A stretch of DNA of 64,000 nucleotides, from positions 1-64,000 of the IMG/VR virus record IMGVR_UViG_3300033977_000108; one strand, given 5' to 3'. This document shows, piece by piece, positions 53,565 through 61,400 of this stretch. A model generated the notes under the pieces. It did not search any database. It worked only from the letters and a program-made list of their open reading frames with translations, and was not told the DNA's origin. How positions within the stretch are numbered: position 1 is the first letter of the stretch; the number at the start of each line of letters is the position of its first letter. A program made the translations under genes and the position numbers.

Positions 53565-54911
53565 ATGCAAAAAGACATATTGGAACAGACTAAATTGACC
53601 GAGGAACAGCTGAAGAAAGCTGAATTCCGGTTTGACTCTATCTTCCGGTATGGTGGGAAGGACGTTGAAACCGGCAAGTCCCTTGGTATGAAAGACGCCA
53701 TGGACCTGCCCAATGCTGCATTCCTTATTCCGCGCGTCCTGACAACCTTCATGCAGGAAGGTATTGAGCCGTTGCTCATTGGAACATCACTGTTGCAGCG
53801 TATTCAATACGTGCCTGGTATGCAGACAATCTTTCCAGCCATCGACGTATTGACCGCGCGCGAGGTGGGAGATGGGGCTTCACTGCCTATCTTCAACGTC
53901 AATGTGGGTGGCGGACAGACCATGGGCGTGAAAGTCAGCCGTCACGGGCTGAGCCTGCGTATAAGCGAGCGCTTCATTGAAGCGAGCACTTATCCCTGGA
54001 TTCAGTACTGGATGAGGCTGGCTGGCAATGCTCTGGCTCGCCACAAAGAGGAATATATTTTCACCTTTATTACCTCTTTGGGCACCGTGATCTTTGACAA
54101 CTCTGTTGCGGGTCGTACTTCCGGCGCCGTCCCAGAGCCGGTAAAAGGTATCACAACTGGCCGTACTCTGCGCGGCACATTCAACGGCTCCATGACTATG
54201 GACGACATTTTTGACATGTATGCCCATATCATGTCCCAGGGCTTCATTCCTGAGACCTTGCTGGTCCACCCCATGACATGGTTGATGTGGGTCAAGGACC
54301 CTGTGCTCCGTGAGTTCGCCATTCAAGCTGGAGGCGGAAGCTTCTTCGCACAATGGACGGGTAATGCAGCTGCACAGGCCAACCGGTTCTTCAACTTCGC
54401 AGGCCTTGGTCGCGGAGTTGGTCAGACCGGTCAATACACCGCTGGAGAGCTGACTGGCGGACAAGTTAGTACACCTGCTGGTTTGCCACAAACCCAGACT
54501 TCTGCGCCAATGCTGCCCAATTACCTTGGGTTGCCATTCCGCATCCTGGTGTCTCCATTCGTCCGTTTCGATCCAGTGAACCGGGTCACCGACATTATGA
54601 TGTTCAATAGTGTTAACCTGGGCGCCTTGATTGTTGACGAAGACCCGCACGTGGTCAGCTGGAATGAACCGCAGTACAGCATCCGCAATGTGGGTATTGA
54701 GGAAACCTACGGTTTGGCCATCTTGAACGAAGGTCAAGCCATTGGCACTGCAAAGAACGTAGCTATCAAACCGAATGAGTTGGTACTGCCTGCTCGTAGC
54801 GTTCTGGATATCAGCACTGAGTCGGCATTCCAGACCATCGACCAGATCTCCAACTTCGGTTCGAGCCCGACCCCTGTTCTTACGTATTCCGACACGATGA
54901 ACAGCGCGTAA
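53565..54911 (+). CDS. Major capsid protein (HK97 fold)
   Basis: 448 aa; AREVGDG..LP, R.GL.L.ISE..IE, RLAG.ALARHKEE, L.HP..W; strong codon bias; followed by a terminator. Confidence 0.88.
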   Translation: MQKDILEQTKLTEEQLKKAEFRFDSIFRYGGKDVETGKSLGMKDAMDLPNAAFLIPRVLTTFMQEGIEPLLIGTSLLQRIQYVPGMQTIFPAIDVLTAREVGDGASLPIFNVNVGGGQTMGVKVSRHGLSLRISERFIEASTYPWIQYWMRLAGNALARHKEEYIFTFITSLGTVIFDNSVAGRTSGAVPEPVKGITTGRTLRGTFNGSMTMDDIFDMYAHIMSQGFIPETLLVHPMTWLMWVKDPVLREFAIQAGGGSFFAQWTGNAAAQANRFFNFAGLGRGVGQTGQYTAGELTGGQVSTPAGLPQTQTSAPMLPNYLGLPFRILVSPFVRFDPVNRVTDIMMFNSVNLGALIVDEDPHVVSWNEPQYSIRNVGIEETYGLAILNEGQAIGTAKNVAIKPNELVLPARSVLDISTESAFQTIDQISNFGSSPTPVLTYSDTMNSA

Positions 54912-54938
54912 TCGGAGACTGATAGTATCCAACGGCGG

Positions 54939-54980
54939 GGCCGCTAATCTGAAAAGACTGGCGGCCTAGTCTGTCTTTTT
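54939..54980 (+). terminator. Rho-independent terminator after MCP
   Basis: AGACT/AGTCT (alternative GGCCGC/GCGGCC) stem followed by GTCTTTTT. Confidence 0.6.
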
Positions 54981-55007
54981 GCATAGACCCACTATTGTCT
55001 AGAGGCA

Positions 55008-55490
55008 GTGATGGGCAACCTCCTTACAACACCTCCTTCCACTGATTTCTCCGGCCGAACCTTGGCCTTGAATCCGGAAAAAGCTGTCAAATTCCAATGC
55101 CGTGAATTCACCCTTGGCCCTTTGCGACCTTGGGGAGTTGTGCCTCCGGCAGCCGGTCAATCGCCGGCTTTGCTGACTGCCTTGATGGACGGCAGGCTGT
55201 TGGACATCACCGACAGCCACGCCACCGGTATAAAAACCAGGGACATAGCCATAAGCCCAGTGACCGAGACGCCGTTAGAAGATAAAAAGATCTATTTCGT
55301 GAAGGAAAAAGACAAAGACGGCAATATTATCACTATCATGGCCGTTCCCAAGGATGAATTGCAAGCCAAAGACTGGGATAAACAGATTGAGGAGACCGGC
55401 ACCATAAAATTAGACTTGCCTAAAGAAGAGATAGAAGCACCGACTGGGCTTACGCCGGTGTATACCGTAGAACTAACGGATAAGGAATAA
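55008..55490 (+). CDS. Hypothetical virion-associated protein
   Basis: ORF track. Confidence 0.65.
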   Translation: MMGNLLTTPPSTDFSGRTLALNPEKAVKFQCREFTLGPLRPWGVVPPAAGQSPALLTALMDGRLLDITDSHATGIKTRDIAISPVTETPLEDKKIYFVKEKDKDGNIITIMAVPKDELQAKDWDKQIEETGTIKLDLPKEEIEAPTGLTPVYTVELTDKE

Positions 55491-55491
55491 C

Positions 55492-56214
55492 ATGTCAGCA
55501 CCTGTTCTACTTTCTTCGGTACCCGAGCCAAATGATACCAACATTGTATTGGGTACTAACATCGTTCTCACCTTTGACCAAGCTATTGATACTACTACAC
55601 TTACAGATGCTACTTTCTCTCTGACGGCGCCGCTGCAAGGAGGCGTTTTGACAACCCCAGAGGAAATGCAGCGCAATCCTTTGCTCGGCCCACAGCAGGA
55701 ATACATTCCAGGCATTTTTAGCTTCTCTCCCGATAATACAACTGCTACTTTTACTATTAGTCGGCCTTTGCGCCCTGGTGTCGTTTATACTATTCTCATA
55801 GTAGGCGCCGACGCCACTCTTACCGCCAATTCGGTAGCCAATCCGGCCGGTGAGAAAATGGCGCAGTCCTATCAGTTTTCCTTTACCACTGGCATACTGG
55901 ATTTGGCGATCCCTCCACCTCAATCTCCCCTGCCTTATCAGTTTGCCAGGATTGATATCAATGAGATTATCGTGCGCCCTACCGCCGCAGAAGGGAACGA
56001 TGTAACGAAGAGTATTGAGCTGATTTTCCCAGGTCCCATTGACATTACCAGCTTCGACCCGACCGATGTGGAAGTAGGCGTGGAAGCTATTTTGAATGAT
56101 TTACATGTAAGAGTTCCACAAGGCTTGACATCGGCTATTTCTGTTGATGGCAATACGATGACCGTTATTATAAGCGGCTGGCCAACAGAGCCGGAATATA
56201 AATGGGATTGGTAA
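55492..56214 (+). CDS. Ig-like (Big_5/SbsA-type) domain protein
   Basis: SVP.PNDTNI.LGTNIVLTFDQAID..TL; PLRPG..YTI.I.. Confidence 0.8.
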   Translation: MSAPVLLSSVPEPNDTNIVLGTNIVLTFDQAIDTTTLTDATFSLTAPLQGGVLTTPEEMQRNPLLGPQQEYIPGIFSFSPDNTTATFTISRPLRPGVVYTILIVGADATLTANSVANPAGEKMAQSYQFSFTTGILDLAIPPPQSPLPYQFARIDINEIIVRPTAAEGNDVTKSIELIFPGPIDITSFDPTDVEVGVEAILNDLHVRVPQGLTSAISVDGNTMTVIISGWPTEPEYKWDW

Positions 56215-56221
56215 TAAATAC

Positions 56222-56515
56222 GTGGGGGTTTCTATGAATGGCAATCTTTGGAAGCACTTGGGGCTGGTTATTGCCCTCCTGGTCGCCGGCGTTGGCGCCG
56301 GTGTCACAGGATTGCTCCTGTTTCCTTTCTTGTCCCTGGCGGCTTATACCTTTGCCAAGTTCTGCCTGGCTTTACTCCTCTACGCCGCGGCTGACGGAAT
56401 TTACTTCCGTGAGTGGACTACTGCCGAGGAGCTAAAGAAGTATAACGTGGCTATCGGAATCTTTAATTCTGCTTTGCTTCTTGTCTGTTTCGCCGTGGTT
56501 TTCCTGGGTATGTAA
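56222..56515 (+). CDS. Three-TM holin-like protein (DUF350-like)
   Basis: Three hydrophobic helices; EELKKYNVAIGIF; adjacent to the endolysin. Confidence 0.65.
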   Translation: MGVSMNGNLWKHLGLVIALLVAGVGAGVTGLLLFPFLSLAAYTFAKFCLALLLYAAADGIYFREWTTAEELKKYNVAIGIFNSALLLVCFAVVFLGM

Positions 56516-57075
56516 TGCGTAAGATAATCTTATTCCTTATTCTTCTATGGCTGCTGGCTTCTCATCCTGCTGCCTTGCCGGCGCATCACGAATACGATGC
56601 CGATTTCCAAGCCGCTGCCTTGAAATACTTCCCCAACCAGCCATCATTGGAAGTCCCCATCTGGCAGGCGGCCCGGGCTTACGCTGAGAGTGATTTCCAC
56701 CCAAACTCTATCAGCCCTGTTGGTGCCCTAGGTCTTATGCAAATAATGCCTTCTACCGGCAAGGAGTTGGGCTTGACGCCGCAGCAATTGATGGACCCTG
56801 TGAAGGCTATCTATGCCAGCACGGCTTATGTGAAGTGGCTTACGCACTACTTCCCCTCTATAAAGGACGCCACTGATTTACAGGAGATGACGGATTTCTC
56901 CTATAATGCGGGACCGGGCTGGGCACTAAAATCCCAACTGATAGCCAAGGCGGCCGGCAAAGATAACACGAAATGGGCAGTAGACATGGAATTCATAATG
57001 ACTTCGCCCGCAAGCCAAAGACAGACAAGGGATTATGTCGCAAGGATACAGATGAACATAAGCCTGTTGAAATAG
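56515..57075 (+). CDS. SLT lytic transglycosylase endolysin with N-terminal signal/SAR
   Basis: AESDF.P...S.VGALGLMQIMP.T; YNAGPG. Confidence 0.9.
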   Translation: MRKIILFLILLWLLASHPAALPAHHEYDADFQAAALKYFPNQPSLEVPIWQAARAYAESDFHPNSISPVGALGLMQIMPSTGKELGLTPQQLMDPVKAIYASTAYVKWLTHYFPSIKDATDLQEMTDFSYNAGPGWALKSQLIAKAAGKDNTKWAVDMEFIMTSPASQRQTRDYVARIQMNISLLK

Positions 57076-57078
57076 GAG

Positions 57079-57834
57079 ATGAAAATGCCTGACATTCAAA
57101 CTACTCCACAGCTACATCCGGTAGTGGCAAATTATATAGCCTTCTTGAAGAGCCATGAAAAGATTGTGGCTGTCGTTTTGGGCGCCTTGCTTATCTGGCA
57201 TTGCTGGGGCGGTTGGATACAGCACCAGATAGATAAAGATAAACTCGCTGCTTCACAAGCTGCTCAAGTGGCTGCGGTTCAAGCCCAATCCAATCAGGAT
57301 AAGCAAACCGCTCTGACTAAGCAGATAGCCGACCTGAAAACGGCTATGGGGCAAGTACAAGCAAATGATGCTGTGCTAACACAAGCCGTTGCTGCGAGAG
57401 ATGCGGCACTGGCGAAGACAAAAGCTCAAATAGCTTCCGCCACTTTACCAGAAGTTATTACTACTTGGCAGAGCCTTGTGCCCAATGTGATTGCTGCTGA
57501 TTTTACGCCCCTGGACCAGGGGATGACGGCAGTCAGCGATAATGCTGCCCGCAACACGGTCAGTGCCTTGGAAGAATTATCTGTAGACCGCGCTAACATC
57601 AAAGATTTGAACAATGTAGTGGCCGGAAAAGACGACATTATAGGCAAGCAAAGCGATGCTATTACCTCCAGCAGCACTCTGATAGATGGGCTGCACAAAC
57701 AAATAGACGCCGACCAGAAAGCCTGCCAGGCGCAGATTACTTCACTGCAAGCCCAGCAGAAGAAGAAGTCTCGCTCTTGGTTCCTGCGCGGGCTCGGTAT
57801 CGGTGCCGGAATCGTTGCTTTCATTCTAAAATAA
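57079..57834 (+). CDS. Spanin-like coiled-coil membrane protein
   Basis: N-terminal TM, long Q/A coiled coil, C-terminal hydrophobic LGIGAGIVAFIL. Confidence 0.6.
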   Translation: MKMPDIQTTPQLHPVVANYIAFLKSHEKIVAVVLGALLIWHCWGGWIQHQIDKDKLAASQAAQVAAVQAQSNQDKQTALTKQIADLKTAMGQVQANDAVLTQAVAARDAALAKTKAQIASATLPEVITTWQSLVPNVIAADFTPLDQGMTAVSDNAARNTVSALEELSVDRANIKDLNNVVAGKDDIIGKQSDAITSSSTLIDGLHKQIDADQKACQAQITSLQAQQKKKSRSWFLRGLGIGAGIVAFILK

Positions 57835-57844
57835 GGAATAGTTT

Positions 57845-58462
57845 ATGCGCTATCCAGGTGATGTAATAAGTTTGATATATGCCCCCGTGGGTGTTGTTAC
57901 AACTACTCCCTCGGTGGCTATCGTGCAGCTCTCCAGCTCACAAGTTATTATCAGCAACGGAACTATGTCTTTGATACCCAGCACGGCTATTTGGGTGTAT
58001 CAATGGAATACGACCGGATTATCCAATGGGGACTATGTGGTTGTAGTCAGCGCCGTTGTGGGCGGGGTTACTATCAATGCCCAGTTCTTACAACTCGTCA
58101 CCCTGGGCGATAGCCGTATAACCGGCAATGTAGCCTTGGACGCCACAGTAGCGAAGGATGCCACGGTAGCCAAAGCCGCTCTTACTCTTCAAGCTTCGCA
58201 ATACGTCTCCCCGGATAGCTCTACTACTGTGAGAAACATTCTCAATCAAGTCAATCTTTTGCCCAATGACCCGGCCTCGTTCAGCGCTTTGGTGTCTTAT
58301 TTTGGCCAGAATGTTCAAGACACACGCGACGCTGTAGTGGGTAAATGGGTCGTAGATAATGTAGCCAATACGCTTACTTTCTTCCGAGATAATGGGAGCA
58401 TCCTCCGTCAGTTCAGCCTGACGAATAATAGTACCCAAGCCGCGCGCACCCCAACAGCATAA
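57845..58462 (+). CDS. Virion structural protein
   Basis: Beta-rich; C-terminal VDNVANTLTFFRDNG. Confidence 0.65.
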   Translation: MRYPGDVISLIYAPVGVVTTTPSVAIVQLSSSQVIISNGTMSLIPSTAIWVYQWNTTGLSNGDYVVVVSAVVGGVTINAQFLQLVTLGDSRITGNVALDATVAKDATVAKAALTLQASQYVSPDSSTTVRNILNQVNLLPNDPASFSALVSYFGQNVQDTRDAVVGKWVVDNVANTLTFFRDNGSILRQFSLTNNSTQAARTPTA

Positions 58463-58463
58463 C

Positions 58464-61400
58464 ATGTCGCAATATCCTGACACAAGCGTTGTCGTAGATT
58501 TGAATCAGGACTATCCGACAGTAGGCAGTTTACTGGTAACGGTTTCAAATCCTTCCCAGTATACCCTTTTTATTTATAGGTCGGCCGACTGGACGATAGA
58601 CAATAGGGCTGATGCCTATGCACTGGGGTGTACCCGAATCAACTTAGACGGCAGCTGGGTAAATTCCATACCGGTTATACCGGATACTTACCACGTAGTC
58701 CTAAAAGACCTATCCACTTACATCGTAATGTCGCCTTATCTGGTTGTGCTGGCGCCCTCCATTCCTTCTTTTCCAAGCGGCACGGGCCCAACCGGAACAA
58801 CAGGTCCTGAAGGTGGGACTGGGGGAACAGGGCCGACAGGTGGGCTCGGCCCTACTGGTCCCACAGGTCCTACCGGACTGGGAGGTGGTGGTAGTGGCGG
58901 CAGTGGGCCAACAGGTTCCACTGGGCCGGAAGGTCCAACGGGACCCGAAGGACCAGAAGGCCCCACAGGACCAACAGGGCCTCCAGGACCAATAGGGCCG
59001 ACTGGAGGTTGGTCTGGCTCTGGTATTGTGACTATTGGCGGACAAACTTATCCGCCGCCGGAAATAGTTCAATGGGCAAGCGGGGGCGATGTTGCTGGTA
59101 ATTCAGTGGTCACTCTCACTAATCCACCGACCCCAGGAAACACACTGCTCGCCATAATCCAGTGGACAGATAGCCAGGATGTAGATGTAGAACTACCAGC
59201 TGGCTTCACAACTTTATCTGATTATCCAGGAGCGACTGGTTCTATCGTAGGCTATCATGATGTCGTTTCTGGAGATGGCACTTCTTGGGAATTCCCCAGT
59301 GGTCAGTTCGTCTGGTTTGTAGAAGGTTATCAAGTACAATTTGGCGCTGTCTATGCTTACATCATAGAGCTGGAGGGCACGCCCGATATAGAGGGAAGCA
59401 CAGGCTTGGGAGGTTCAGTAGATACCTATTATACTCATGAAAGCCCCATGCAGACCTGTGCTGCGGCTGCGACTGTGCCTACTCTGGCTATTGTGGGCTT
59501 CATCTGGTATTCTCTTGGCTCTGTAGCAGTTGATGGATGGACGCCTAGTGACTTCAATACTCCAACCTGGACTTTCAACCCAGCTAGTTTCCTAACTGTA
59601 TTAGAAGGAACAGATGTAGATTCCCTATCCGGGCCGATAACGGCCACCCATGTTGGGTACACAGGAACTGAGGGCATGGAGCCAACGGCTTATGTCTTGG
59701 CTCTTTGCTACTTCCCTGCTTCACCAATAGAGCAAACTATACCTGGCCTGCCTCTCCTTCCCAAAGGCGCCTTGATTACCAGTGATGGAACCCAAGATAC
59801 CGTCCTGGAACTCCCCGGCGGCACAGGAACTGATGGTTGGGTATTGACCATAGATCCTACCCAAATCTATGGAATACAATGGGAGCCTCCCACCGGTGGA
59901 GGCGGCGGAAGTGGAGGGACCGGGTACACAGGTTATACAGGATATACTGGATTTACCGGGCCTGGCAATTTCACCGGCTTCACTGGCGATACCGGCTACA
60001 CAGGGTCAGGAGAAACAGGCTATACAGGCTACACTTCTTATACAGGATACACAGGGTATACAGGATACACAGGGTCAGGGAACTTCACTGGGTTCACTGG
60101 CTGCACCGGTTATACCGGATATACAAGCTATACCGGCTACACTGGATACACTGGGACTACGGGTTATAGCGGATACACGGGACCTGGTAATTTCACTGGG
60201 TTTACTGGCTATACCGGATTTACCGGTTATACCGGGCCGAACATGACTGGTTACACTGGGTACACTGGATCCGCCCAGACTGGGTACACAGGATATACTG
60301 GATATACTGGATATACTGGCATGTCTGCCCCGGCCATCTGGAATGGTAGGAAGGGCGACGGAAGCACGGGAGAAGTGGCCTCCTCTTCTTCCTTCACCTA
60401 TGGCGGTGGGGCCATCAGCATCTCCTTTTGGTTCAATCCCAATACTTCACCACTTTACAGCCAATCCCACGCCCAGCAACAATGGGGCCTCTGGGACAGT
60501 GGCAACCGGCCAGCCCTATCCTTCTGGTGGGACACTACGGTCGCAGGTGGGGACGGCTCGCCGCTTGGCTTCAGCGTAACGGGCTATGGAGGCTATCCCT
60601 ACTACCGGGCGGATTACTGGAACGGCTCCTGGACAACGCCCACGGTCAATGCCTGGAATCACATTGCCATCACCTCGGCGGACGGGAGTACGTTCCAAGT
60701 CTATGTGAACGGCAGTTTGCAGGGCACGATCTCCGATTTACTTTCCAGCGGCACCTTTTCCCGTGCCGTCTATCCCTACGCCCTGACGGACTATGCATTG
60801 GTGCAGTATAGCCAGCATGCCGTGGCAGAATGCGCCGCTTGGACGACGCAACTGACAGCCGGGGATGTTTCCAATCTGTATGGCGGCATGCCTGCTCCCC
60901 TGATTGAGCCCTCCTCCCTTCAAGTCTATTGGAAGTTTATGGGTACCAGTCCTGAGCCCGACCTGTCGGGAAATTCAGAGACGGGGACGGTCACGGATAC
61001 TACGGTAGTCCCAGGGCCCCAGACTTCGGTCCCAGAAGGTCCCCAGGGAGCCACCGGCTATACTGGCTATACCGGGTATACCGGGTCTGCTGGTGGCGGC
61101 GGTGCCATGGGATCGACTGGTTACACTGGGTATACCGGATCTGGTAATTTCACTGGTTATACGGGATACACCGGTTACACAGGCTATACCGGTCCTTCCG
61201 GATACACCGGATATACCGGATACACCGGCGGGACGGGGTATACCGGCTACACAGGCTATACAGGAAGCGGTCTCTCCGGCGTCAATTACCAATCCAGCCC
61301 TTACTATGCCACAGCAGCGGACAATGGAAAGATAATAGTCCTGCCAGGCGGCACTCTTTATTTGCCCGCTGTCTCCTCCATCCCAAGCACCTGGGCCATC

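Noticed and set aside
53880-54932. 350-aa minus-strand ORF (also 52576..53301, 60975..61586, 61785..62444)
   Set aside because: Antisense shadows of the MCP, the decoration protein and the fibre gene.
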